Assembly (NCBI GenBank): GCA_951406725.2 | Contig: OX597814.1 | Coordinates: 168,454,001 to 168,518,000 of the forward strand | Reading direction: 5' to 3' | DNA length: 64,000 nucleotides | From: Octopus vulgaris | Lineage: Eukaryota | Part shown: positions 23,723 through 37,079 of the stretch, piece after piece | How positions within the stretch are numbered: the stretch's first letter is position 1 | Layout of the letters: the number at the start of each line of letters is the position of its first letter | Notes under the pieces: model-generated | Database searches by the model: none | Told to the model about the DNA's origin: nothing | Seen by the model: the letters and a program-made list of their open reading frames with translations, nothing else | Made by a program: the position numbers and the translations under genes

Positions 23723-26700
23723 TCGTAGCACCAAAATGTTTTTGGAAACTAAAAGGAAAACTAAATCAGTATACCAAATCGCTTGTCCTATGGTTAATCT
23801 GGAAGCGCGTCCCCCAGGGAAGAGCCAGCCTGGGATCGAAAAGTCATCAACTGGCACAAACTCTTCTCCAAATACGGACATGGATGGTCACTTGAACGGG
23901 AAATCCCCCAACTCGAGCCCTCCAAGTTCACCACCACAACCACCACAGAAAGAAAAATGTAAGCGGAACAAATGGACCCGAGAAGAGTATAAAGAAGTAA
24001 TATACGCTTATTACTATGCATTAGGTAGGCCATCTCAAGAGAGACACACCGCAAACTCTTATAGTATATGGAGAACACGGAATCAAGACAGTAGGCCCTA
24101 TTTGGACGAGAACAAATTAGCAAATGTGAGGAGGGATCATCATCATCATCATCATCATCACCGTTTAACGTCCGCTTTCCATGCTAGCATGGGTTGGACG
24201 GATATCTTTAGAAATAACAGACTCACAGACAGTGAAATAAGTGCGATCAAGCACGCAACGGAAAATGACATAAATATAAGACACAAAGGAAATGAAGAAT
24301 CAGATGAACAGTATAGCCCGCCACGAGGCTTAATTGAAAGACTGCCATCTGACCAAAGTACGCAAAGGCCTGAAGATACAAGAAATTCTATTGTACCTGT
24401 TAAAGATAGCCAGGAAAACGAAAAAACAACAGTAACTGAAGATCTCGCATTTGCTGAAGAACACAGAGAGTCTATGGCAGAAATGAGGCAGAAAATCCTG
24501 AATACGCTTGAAGTTGTAAGACATACAAGTATGAATGATAGAGAACCGCTTCATAAACTCTCAAATACAAACCAAAATAAAAAACAAATCCAAATTGGCA
24601 ACTATGTAACAAATGAAATAATACGAGAATTAAAACCTGATTTTACTGAGTTAAATGAAATTATTTACGCTTCTGCTAGGGCAATTGAAACCAGCTGTAT
24701 GCTCCCGAAAAAACAAAGAAAACAAAACCTGGGAAGAAATCAAACCTGGAGAAGTAAAATTGAAAAAGAGATTGAATTTATGAGAGGGGAAATATCAATA
24801 TTAAATGAACTAATATGTGGAAATGATGTAAGATCCAGAACAGGAAGAAAGATGAAGAGAAAATTTGGATCCTCACCAAGAGAAGAACTGATATCAATAA
24901 AAGAAACGCTGAAACAAAAAGTCCAAGCAAAAGCCCAAAGAATACGAAGATTTGAGAAGAGAAACAAGTTTTACAAGCAAAATAAGCTGTTCACATCCAA
25001 TGCCAAAAAATTCTACAGAGAAATAGGGAAGGAGAAAGTAACCGTTAAGGACCCCCCTCCCATGGAAGAAGTTCAAAACTTTTGGGAAAGGATTTGGAGT
25101 GACAAGAAGACGTACAACATAAATGCAGACTGGATTATACAAACTGAAGGATCCTACCAAAATTTACAACAACAAGCATGGGAAGACATCACAATAGCAG
25201 ACCTAAGAAAGGCACTCACGAAGGCCCATAATTGGAAATCCCCCGGTAAAGATAGGGTGCCGAATTTCTGGCTCGCATCGCTCCCGTGCGCACATGGTAA
25301 GCTAGTTCAGCTGCTCAATGGAATTTTGAGAGACCCAAAGAAAACACCTGAATGGTTAGCAAGTGGCATTACTTACCTACTCCCAAAGAATAACGAAACC
25401 AACCTTCCAAAAAACTATCGGCCTATAACCTGTCTATCCACCACGTATAAAATCCTAACATCTATCCTGGCGGAGAAAACATATGCATTCATGGAGAAGA
25501 ACGGTATTTTCCCCATTGAACAAAAAGGGTGCCGCTGAGGCTCTTACGGATGCAAAGATCAACTGCTAATCAATCGTATGATCCTTGAGAACTGTCACAA
25601 CAAGCGCAGAAATCTCAGCACCGCATGGATTGACTATAAAAAGGCCTTCGACAGTATACCGCATCCATGGATCTTGAGATCGCTGGACATCTTTAAAATT
25701 TCCCCTGTGATTTCAAACTTCCTGAAGCACAATATGTCGTTGTGGAATACGAATCTCCAATTATACCACTCTAATGGAGTACTTGCCTCAGAAAATATAA
25801 ACATCAACTGTGGAATTTTTCAAGGTGACTCACTTTCACCTTTAATATTCTGCATAGCCCTAATACCCCTTACAAGTGAATTAAACAGAACAGGGTATGG
25901 GTATAAAATTGCCAATAAAAAAATAAGCCATCTATTTTATATGGATGACTTAAAACTTTATGGTAAAGACAATAATGAACTTGAAGGCCTATTGCGCACC
26001 GTGAAAGCATTCAGCGATGACATCGGGATGGAGTTTGGACTTGAGAAGTGTGCCAAGGCCACTTTCCAGAAAGGGAAAGTGAAGACCACAAATTCAGTCG
26101 TGTTAGATGTTGACACAGTCATAAGAGAGCTTGAGCAAGAACAGACATACAAATATTTAGGGATAAATGAAGGCTCTGGTATTCAGCATGCAAGCATGAA
26201 AGAGAAAATCAGGAAGGAATGTTATAGGAGAGTTCGTGCAGTCCTGAAATCTGAACTAAATGCACGTAACAAGGTGTTAGCTATAAATTCCTTAGCAGTT
26301 CCAGTTGTTACTTATAGCTACAATGTGTTGAACTGGAATATGAGTGAAGTAAAGAATATAGATAGAAAAATACGCAAGCTGCTGAGTTGTAATAGGATGC
26401 ACCACCCAAAGGCAGACGTAGATCGCCTTTACCTTCCCAGAGCCCAAGGAGGTCGAGGCCTGATCCAATTTGAACTAGCTTACAAAACAACCACAATTGG
26501 ACTGGCCAAATATCTCGAAATATCGAATGACTGGATGCTAAAGCTCGTGGAAAATCACGAGAGACGAAAGAAACTTCATTCTATCATCAAGGAAAGCAAA
26601 AAATTTGCTATTGATCTCGTGCAGGATACCCAAACTGAACAACCCGAGGGAAGTACGGCAACTATTGTTGCAAAGAAGGTGAAAATGATGGCAATGAAAA

Positions 26701-27664
26701 AAGCGCACGAGCAATTGGCTGATAGGTGGGAGGAGAAACCTCTGCACGGCAAATATGTGACCCGCAGCAAACAAGCTGATGTTGACCAGAAGCAAACCCA
26801 TCAGTGGCTGCGGAGCTCAGGGCTAAAAGCAGAGAGCGAAGGTTTCATCCTGGCTGCTCAAGACCAAAGCCTATTAACCCGGAACTACCAGGCCAATGTG
26901 ATGAAAAAATGGAGCAGACCCAAAATGCCGATTCTGCAACGACATGATTGAAACAGTGGACCACCTAATCTCTGGATGTAAAGTCTTAGCACCAGTGGAG
27001 TATAAATTAAGACATGACAGAGTTGGCCAATATCTCCACTGGCTAATAAGTCGGCATTACAATATCAAAACTGCCGACAAGTGGTATAATCACCACCCTG
27101 AGGCTGTAACTGAAGGAGAAAATGTAACCATTCTGTGGGACTTTCCAGTACATACAGACCGAACCATCAAGGCCAATAAACCAGATATTGTTGTGAAAGA
27201 CCAAAACAATAAAGTTTGCTTATTGATCGACATGAGCATCCCCTGTGATCATAATATATCAGCGAAAGAGTTTGACAAGCTCAGAAAATATAAAGACCTA
27301 CTCATTGAAATTGAGAAAATGTGGCATCTCAAGGCGGTTACAATACCAGTGATCGTAGGAGCACTAGGAATGATCAAGAAGGGAACCGAAAATTATATGA
27401 GAATGATCCCTGGCTTACCATCCCTGCAAGAAGTGCAAAAGATTGTCTTAACTGGTACATCACACGTATTGAGAAGAGCATTGTCGATGTGAGAACTGTT
27501 GCTGCTCATGTATTTTAATTTAACTTAAAAAAAAAAAAAAAAAAAATGAACGAACTACTGAGTTTGGTTTAATGGCCTACCAATATACACTATGAGTTTC
27601 TTTGCCCTAGGAGTCGGGAAGACACTCGGCAAGAAATGGAAGAAAATTTGAAAGAAGAAAAAAA

Positions 27665-27666
<2 letters not shown>
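23722..27666 (+). mobile_element. Near full-length R4/Dong(Rex6)-type non-LTR retrotransposon inserted in (TAA)n
   Basis: Single long ORF with RT followed by a CCHC knuckle and restriction-like endonuclease. (TAA)n lies immediately upstream (23677-23721) and downstream (27667-27694). Short 3' UTR. Confidence 0.92.
23736..27492 (+). pseudogene. RT-RLE polyprotein of the R4-type element, two disabling lesions
   Basis: Motifs KWTREEY (N-terminal), YRPITCL, DYKKAFDS, GIFQGDSLSP, YMDDLKLY, CRFC...H...C, RHD, KPDIV...D and KLRKY. Lesions: in-frame TGA at 25536-25538 (likely CGA>TGA in GCR*GSYGCKDQL) and a +1 A in the run at 26904-26909. There is also an in-frame 66-nt insertion at 24138-24203. Confidence 0.93.
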
Positions 27667-27695
<29 letters not shown>

Positions 27696-27888
27696 GTCCT
27701 TTGTACTAAAGGCACAAAGCTGGAAATTTGTGGGGAGGAGACTAGTCAATTACATCGATCCCAGTGTTTCATCATCATCATCATCATCATCATCGTTTAA
27801 CGATGATGATGATGAAACACTGGGATCGATGTAATTGACTAGTCTCCTCCCCACAAATTTCCAGCTTTGTGCCTTTAGTACAAAGGAC

Positions 27889-27943
<55 letters not shown>

Positions 27944-28009
27944 GAGTGAGAGAGCAGTGCATGCCATCAAAGTGACACTGGGGTAAAATATACAAAGCCC
28001 AGTATGCCC
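27667..28009. repeat. Near-perfect foldback inversion centred at 27798
   Basis: 27695-27770 is the exact reverse complement of 27814-27889. The centre is (cat)n-cgtttaacg-(atg)n. 27944-28009 is the exact reverse complement of 23611-23676. Confidence 0.95.
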
Positions 28010-28411
28010 CCAAAAGGATGGAAGACAAAGTCAACCTTGGTGGAATTTGAACTCAGAATGCCACTACACATTTCGTCCAGTGAGCTAACAATTCTGCCAG
28101 CTCACTGCTTTAATGATAATAATGATGATGATGATGATGATGATGATGATATTGATGATAATTTATGAAGATTGACATAACTTGTCATGAAATAAGCAAT
28201 AAGAGCATGATATGATTTGTAGTAAATAGAGATTGACTCTGTTTATTAGATTAAATATTTTGACAGTCTGTCTACCTCCAGTTCTAAATAAAGACAGACA
28301 TACTTTTGAAATATTGTTCAATTCAATAACCAATTTATTACAAATTGTATCAGTCTCTTGTTGTTGTTGTTGTTGGTGGTGGTGTTGTTGTTGTTGTTGT
28401 TCTTCTTCTTC

Positions 28412-28464
<53 letters not shown>

Positions 28465-28480
28465 AATAATAATAATAATG

Positions 28481-28533
<53 letters not shown>

Positions 28534-28747
28534 CTTTTCTATTGTAGGCACAAGGATTAAAATTTTTGGAGAGGGGACCAGTTGATTACATCAACCCTGG
28601 TGTTTCACTGGTACTTAATTTACTGACTCCGAAAGGATGAAAGGCAAAATCGACCTCAGTGGAATTTGAACTCAGAGTGTAGCATCAGGTGAAATACTGC
28701 TAAGTATTTTTTCCAGTATGCTAATGAGTCTGCTAGCTTGCCACCTC

Positions 28748-28818
<71 letters not shown>

Positions 28819-28821
<3 letters not shown>

Positions 28822-29460
28822 GGGATGTCAGAAACATCTAGATAACATCCCAGGAAAACCATGTCTCAAAGAAATCCAAGAGATTGTGCTGACAAGTACT
28901 GCCTACATCCTAAGAAAAACCCTATTAATTTAACTGTCTGTGTTGTATTACATGAAGATATTTTGCTACTGCCCCTGCCACTTCCCCTCCCCAGACTTTC
29001 AGTCATACTGTAACATTTCTTATCCTTCATTTGCCCTTGGATACTGGGTGTGTCTCAATGAATGATTTTAACAAAAATGCAGATTAAAAGTAAGCCTAAA
29101 AACAGAAACAATTCCTATTATAGTAGGTGCATTAAGTATGACAGAAAAACGTTCAGAAAAATACATAACAAAAGCCCCAGGACTTACAATTATATATAAC
29201 ATACAGAAAATAGCACTACTAGGCACTGCACACATTCTACGTCAAACACTTTCCATACAATAACCATCAGAGCATCACAACAAATTACAGCACATACCTA
29301 AGGCACACAGAGCTGCGCTCGGTAGTGAAGTGAAAGCACACTATAAAAATAAAACTACTGAATAATAATAATAAGCACCACAACAAATCACGGCACATAT
29401 CCAAGGCACACAGAGTTGAGCTCAGTAGTGCAATGAAATCATGTGATAAAAATAAGACTA

Positions 29461-29540
<80 letters not shown>

Positions 29541-30125
29541 TGATAATAATGATGATGATGACATCATGACAATGTGGCAAGAATGATCCATTGGCAGTTC
29601 TGTGGAAATCACAGTCTACAAAGAGCAAAGGTATGGTATGAGAAAACTCCAGGAGGAGTCACTCAAAATGAGAATTGCAAAATCCTATGGGATTCAATGA
29701 CCAATGTCATCACCCGACCAGATTTTGGAAACCAGACATTGTTGTGGTGAATAAAAAAGAACATGTATGATAATTGACATAGCATGTCCCAGTGACAACA
29801 GGATCAATGTGAAAGAAGAAAAGATAAACAACTATGATCATTTGAAGTGTGAAATACGAAGGTTGTGGTCAAAGAGAGTAAACGCAATACCAGTTGTAAT
29901 TGGTGCATTTGGAAGTATCAGCACTCAACTACCAACATAGACGAAAAAGATTGGTGCAAGTGTGAAGACAGGAACACCTTCAAAAATCAGTATTGCTTGG
30001 AATTACAAGAATTCTTTGCAGGGTTCTTTGAAGCATGACCAATAAACAAGTGTCACGTTAGTCTGCTGGCTGTGGAAAGCTGACACTTTCCATCATACCC
30101 AACAAAATAAGCTGTGAGTTTTCAT
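28819..30125 (+). mobile_element. Cluster of four 5'-truncated R4/Dong-type 3' fragments in a (TAA)n array
   Basis: 28819-29100 (EIQEIVLTSTAYILRKTL); ~29105-29360 (IPIIVGAL...IQKIALLGTAHILRQTL*); 29375-29465 (3' UTR repeat of the previous fragment); ~29560-30125 (HDNVARMIHW...KILWD...KPDIVV...IIDIACP...IPVVIGA). Confidence 0.88.
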
Positions 30126-30257
30126 ATAATAATAATAATAATAGCAATAACAATAAATTGAGCTTGGTGGGATTTGAACTCAGAGTGTAAAGAGCTGGAA
30201 AAAATGTCACAAAGCATTTTTGCCTGCTGTTTTAATAATTCTGCTAATCAACTATCC

Positions 30258-30445
<188 letters not shown>

Positions 30446-31774
30446 TTTCTTTCAAACATTGGCACAAAGTGAGCAATTTTAGGGGTGTAGGTAAGTTGAT
30501 TACACCAACCCCAGTACTCAGCTGGCACCTATTTTATTGACACCTGAAGAAAGAAAGGCAAAGTTGATCTTGGGGATAGATGCCTAAGATACTGGAAAGA
30601 AAACTTAACACTAATGGAAATGAAATTCAGACAAAACTAAATACTATAACACATTGAAACATTGCATTCTACTCTTTCAGCTACTTTCATCATTCTCAAA
30701 CTATTGGGCAATTTTGATTTTATTTTTTGATAGAGACAAAGTCAAATGTTGTAGAATTTATAGTCCCCTCCAGTATAGTCCTGACACTTATTGTTTTGAA
30801 CCTAAGGAGGCCGAAAAGTAAAAAGCTGATTCTGGTAGAACTAGAACTTATGTTGGTGAGGAACAAAAACAAATGCTGCAAAGGATTTAGCCCATTTCTG
30901 TCTTTGATGTCTTTGATAATTATTGGCTTATAACTTAATAGTATCATGTGTAGAGAAGGCTGATCTTGAAATATTAATAACATGACCTATACCATTTTAT
31001 AAACATCTGTGATCAACATAAAGTAAAGACAAAAATATAATAATATACATGTGATCATTGTTGCAATTCATTAGAAATGTTATAAACTATATCTACTGAG
31101 ATTAGCAATTTTATCTGACTTAATTTGTTGGGGGATTGATCATGGTTGTTGAGTGCTGGATATTCCATACAGTCAACTGATAACATTGTTTTTCAATCTC
31201 ACTGAATTTATGTTGGTCATTCCATTTTGGCTTATAGATAAATTTCTTTTCCTGTTCTAATGTCAGATATAAAATAGTGGAGATTGAAAATTATTTATGA
31301 TATTAAAATGAGGTAAGGTTCTTTTTCTTGGCATTTTGTCTTGGGAAAGAAATTCAAACCAATTATTGACATGACATATTTCATCTAAGATTTTGAGATC
31401 CGGAGTATTGAATACAAATATTTGATGTTTAAATCGTTTAGCAATATTTCTTTCTTAACATATCCAAGTCAACCTTGTCAGTTTCCATAAATTTCATTGA
31501 TATTTCTGAAAGGTTCAAGTTGCTTACCCCAAGTCAACTTTGATCTAGCACACACATGAACATAGGTATACCAGATGTGACCTTCGAGTCATTTTATCAG
31601 ACATAGGTCTATAAGACTACATTATCGAATGTATTCTTTCTTTAAGATTTTAGGGTGATTTAGTTGCTATTTCTGATAGTTCTAATGTCCACATAGAGGC
31701 CTATTTCATTAACTTGTTTTACTTTAAGTTATTACATTATGTTAACTGTATAACACACTCTCCTCCTCCTCCTA

Positions 31775-32780
31775 GAAGAGAGATTAATTCCTGTTCACAA
31801 TGAAGGCAGGAGTCCAGGAGGTCCCTGTGCAGAGACAGTTCAAACACAGATAGATGTACTGAATGACCGGTAGAGCAGAAGTGGCACAAGATCGGGATGT
31901 TACTGCCAAGTCTGATGTCTCTGAGGTGCTCCATGAACTGGTCAGCCAAGCAGTGTCCTGTTTGACTAATGTACAGGGATAGACAGAGAGAGTAGGAGAT
32001 GCAGGTAAAGGAGTCGGTGACGTGATAGGGACAGTGATGGGTGCCTGTGAGGATGGTGGTGCTGGAGAGGTAGAGTAGAAGTGACACATGTGCGACAGTG
32101 TGGGTGGAAGCAGGGGAAAGAGTCAGGTTGGGAGGTGGGGGTAGAGAAGAAACTGTGGACCGGGAGGTGTGAGGTGGAGGGGTCAGACTGGAGTTGCTGG
32201 AAGGCTCGGAGAATGGTGCATTGGAGGGGTAGGGTGATGGGGTGGTAGGTGAAGGGAAACGGGAGACAGGTAAGGATGGGATGGGTGGAAGGAGAAAGAG
32301 CAGAGGCATGGTCCACAGATCATATCTGGGCAAGGGCAGTGTGGATAATGGTGAGAGGATATCTATGTAAGATGAAGTGATGAGCCATGAGTTTAGACTG
32401 AGTCTCAAAGTCATGGTTATCACTGCAGAACCAATGTAGATGGAGGAATTGGGAGTAGGAGATGGAGAACTTGGTGTGGGTAGGGGGAGGAGGAGGAGGA
32501 GGAGTTAAGGCAGGAGTGTGAGTCAGTGTCTCTGAGACATCAGACTCGGTAATGACACCCCAGTCTTGTGTTATTTCTGCTCTATTGGTCATTCGCTACA
32601 ACATATGTCTGTGTTTGGACTGTCTCTGCACAGGGTTCACCTGAACTCCCGCTTTGCTGTGAACAGGAATTAATCTTCTCTCTTCGTTCTTTTGCACCAC
32701 ATGGGCTCAACTCACTTCCTCTCTTCATCTGATACCAACCCCACACGGATTCACACATACCTCCCACATTCAACTCCCCC
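31775..32780 (-). pseudogene. Degenerate Penelope-like GIY-YIG region with an inverted duplicate of its 3' part (32528-32690, +)
   Basis: Minus strand SFTC...LYISQTGHCLADQFMEHLRDIRLG...HFCSTGHS...EQELI. 32528-32685 is similar to the reverse complement of 31775-31925. Confidence 0.75.
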
Positions 32781-33311
32781 TTCATGGCTGAATGATTGGA
32801 GCGTTGAGCTTACGATCGTGAGGTTGTGAGTTCGAATCCTGGACCAGGCTGCATGTTGTGTTCTTGAGCAAGACACTTTATTTTACGTTGCTCCAGTTCA
32901 CTCAGCTGTAGGAATGAGTTGTGACGTCACAGGTGCCAAGCTGTATCAGCCGTTGCCTTTCCCTTGGATAACATTGGTGGTGTGGAGAGGGGAGGCCGGT
33001 ATGAATGGGTGACTGCTGGTCTTCCATAAACAACCTAGCCAGGACTTGTACCTGGGAGGGTAACATTCTAGGTGCAATCCCATGGTCTGTGTCATGACCG
33101 AATCGTTAGCACGCCTGGTGAAATGCTTAGCGGTATTTCGTCTGTTGTTACATTCTGAGTTCAAATTCTGTTGAGGTTGACTTTGACTTTCATCCTCTCG
33201 GGGCCGATAAATAAAGTACCAGTTTCGCACTGGGTCAATTTAATCGACCTAATCCGTTTGTCTGTCCTTGTTTGTCCCCTCTATGTTTATCCCCTTGTGG
33301 GTAGTAAAGAA

Positions 33312-33349
<38 letters not shown>

Positions 33350-33659
33350 GTATATATATAATATATATGTATATATATACAGAGAGAGAGAGAGAGAGAG
33401 AGAGATAATTTGTATTTGTCTGGTAACTGACCAGTGGTCATAATACAGCCATAATACTTACCCCACTCAACTTCAGTAATGGAATGTGACAACTACTGCA
33501 ATCATCTATAATCTCTGACACACACATCTCTCACAGACACACACAAACTGACTCAAATGGTATAAATACTCTTTTCTGTTGTCATTACAATGACAGCAGT
33601 TTTTCTTAACAATACATGAATGTTTGCATTTAGACATCACACAAATTTTTTGTTGTCGT

Positions 33660-34032
33660 GTTGACTAGACATGGCCGATACTAGTGCCATTTGACTGGCA
33701 TCCATGCCGGTGGCACATAAAAGCACTGTTTGAGTGTTGGACCTCAAGCAGACAATGACAGGTGACCAAACCTTTGGTGGTATACCATGCTTGTGCAGGA
33801 CCTGTCAAGCCAAGTGATTCCATAGTCATGGCTGATGCTGGTGTCAAGTCAATGGTATCTGTGCTGGTAGCACGTAAAAAACACTCACTACATTCTTAGA
33901 GTGGTTGGCATTAGGAAGAGCATCCTGCTGTAGAAACCTTACCAAATAAGATTGGAACTTGGTGCAGCCCCCTGGTTTACCAGTTTCCAGTTAAACTGTT
34001 CAACCCATGCTAGTATGGGAAGCAGGCGTTAA

Positions 34033-34089
<57 letters not shown>
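33660..34089 (+). mobile_element. 3' end of RTE LINE with (GAT)n tail
   Basis: Matches the 3' UTR of the RTE at 61980-62437 (gagtggttggcattaggaag...ccatgctag...cgttaaa(tga)n). Similar fragments lie at 35170(-), 43925(-), 48165(-), 48360(-), 50965(-), 55063, 56730, 59855 and 63740. Confidence 0.85.
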
Positions 34090-34092
<3 letters not shown>

Positions 34093-37079
34093 CAATCAAC
34101 TATCTTATTACAGAATTATGTATTCATAAGATGAGTTATATAATGATGTCATCAGTTTTATGGACATTTTCTTCATTTCAGATGTTTCGTATAATTTCCA
34201 ATAGTTTTTCAAGTGATATTCCTGAGTTACACCAAAGAATGAACTGGGAACTTTTATGTTACTAATTGGGTTTATTGTTCTAACCACTACCCCTTTTGTG
34301 TCTGAGTAAAGCAGCCAATTCAATGACTTACTTTATAAAAGATAGGCAACAAACTTTCTGGGAAAAGTAATATGATATAATGGCATTCTTAAATTTGAAA
34401 GATTTATTTCCCAACAGCTCAAGGAGAAAACAACTGTAAGATAAACTATTAACATTTTGAAACTCTTGGGCTTCTGAATGGACTGGCAAATTTTCTGTAA
34501 CCTTATCATTTTATCTCTCTATCCTAAGGATGTATGAGACTTTTATTGACAATTTTTGCCAAATGTGTTATTTAAATTGTGATACCCTTGACTATTGCTT
34601 AGAAAACTCTACATCAGTTGTTTCCAAACATTTTCAGATTAATGCTTTCCTGGCTCCCAGGCTACATTCTGCAAAATCAAAACAACTGTATTTCACAAAT
34701 AAAATGTAACCTAGTAAACCCATTTATTATACATCACACCAGAAACTCCATTGTTTTCACATTTTTTTATGGGATGGATGAGCATGGTGTGGGCTTCTCA
34801 TTCCAGATATGACCATCCTGTTTTTTGGCATATATAAAACTACATTATCTGATATATGTCTTCTTCATTTAAGATGATAAAGTTTGAGAGAAATTTAGCA
34901 GCTTTTTTAGCAGGTTGAGTGACCGTGTAAAGATGTTCTTATTTGTTGTGTTAGACAGGATTTTTCCAATGTTGTTTAGAGCAAGACCTGTCAGTTCTTA
35001 TCTCACATCTCTCTTCAATAAAGTATTATTTATAATTTCATGATTGCAAATCTGATCAAGATATTTGCTGAATGCTTTGCTTTTCTGTTGCAGACGTTGC
35101 TTCAGCATTGCACTCTACACCTCATATTAAGTTATCACAAGAGAATTTCCTTGCAAAGGAAATATATCTACATCATCATCATCATCATCATCGTCGTCGT
35201 TGTTGTCGTTTAACATCCGTTTTCCATGCTGGCATGGATTGGATGGTTTGACTGGGGACTGACAAATCATGAGGCTGCACCAAGCTCCAATTTGATCTAC
35301 AGCTGGATGCCTTTCCTAATGCCAACCACTCTGAGAGTGTAGTGGGTGCTTTTTACGTGACACCATCAGGCAGTACTGGCATCAGCCACATTCGGATGGT
35401 CCTTTTTACTCAGGATAGTGAGAGAAAATGATAAGGTTACAGAAAATTTGCCAGTCCATTCAGAAGCCTAAGAGTTTCAAAATGTTAATAGTTTATCTCA
35501 CAGTTGTTTTTCCTTGAGCTGTTGAAAAATAAATCTTTCAATAAATCAGGAATCAGTCGGGGCGGGGCTGGTGGGCTGGCATCAACCATGTTTGGATGGT
35601 GCTTTTTATGTGCCACCATTGTTGAAATTAAAATTTCCAGTAATACTGTTTGTTGTGTTTGTGACAGCAACAAGTTCATAATAACAAGAAAGTGAGTTTA
35701 AAGCTTCACACAACTACTGTAATTGAGTATTGCTGTTCACCTGTGTTATTCAAACAACACACTATATCTGACATGAAACTGCTAGTCACCTGTAATAATC
35801 CTGACCATGTGCAAGTATGCAAACTGCATGTAGCAACATTGGTATAACCATATTACTATCTGAATTGATAGATATAGTGTGCAGATGTTAACTAGATACA
35901 TATACGTATGATAATAGAATCATGTATAATAAAAAGCACAGGAGTTGATGTAATTGACTACACACCTCCCGCAAACATTTCAGGCTGCCTTCCTATAGTA
36001 GAAATGACTATGATTACTATTGCCAGACTTAGACTTAACGAGACCCTAAGCTATATAAAGGTTGGAGGTCCCTTGTTAAAATATTACAGCAAAATATCTA
36101 ACAAAAGTTGAAAACAAATAATCTTTTCGTTATTTCGAAGCCCCTTCAGATTGTAATTTGAATGCACATACATTTACTGGGTTGCTGATATTTAGAAATG
36201 GTTTCTCCCAAGGTTTTGATGCACCTTTTTTGTACTATTATGGAGGCATGTGGCTTAGTAGTTAGGGTGGCAGCATCATGATCGTAAGATTGTGGTTTCG
36301 ATTCCTGGACCGGGCAACACATTGTGGTCTTGAGCAAAACACTTCATTTCATGTTGCTCCAATCGACTCAGCTGGCAAAAATGAGTAACGCTGCAACGGA
36401 CTGGCGTCCCATCCAGCTGGGGAACTCATAAGCCATTGAAACCGGGAAACCGGGCCCATGAGCCTGGCTAGGCTTTAAAAGGGCGCATTTATTATTTATT
36501 TTATTTTTCTACTATTAATAAAACAGTCAGTATTTTTGAGAACCCAGGTATGCTAGTAATATTACAGATATAGCATTGCTTCAACCAACAGAAATAAGTT
36601 GTGTTAGACATTACATCTTTGTGACTTCTGAATTTCCTTTACGATCCTGCATTTCCTACATTATGATGTTGTACTACTGATTCAGTTGCTGTAAAGATTA
36701 GCCTGATTTAGTAGTAATGGCATTATGGGAGGTGTTGGTGATTGGATATTATCTTCAGTAGAAATTGGAGAAATCAATAGTGCTAACCTTTGTTAATAAC
36801 GTTAATATTACTACAGGGGATCATGTGCGATCAAGTAGTAGCTCTAAAGGAGATGGAGAAACTGGTGATGACAGTCCATTGATAACATTATCATCATAAC
36901 AAATGTACTTCAGGAGGGATATTTAAGAGCTATTTGTTTAATTAATGCTAACAGAGGGTTTTCATTATTCAGGTTTAAGCTAGCCTGAATCAAATAACGT
37001 GCAAAATTTACTTATATTGTTCTTGTAATGAACCATTTGTCCAATCTAGTAAGAAGTATTTACTGCTAATTCTTAATAG

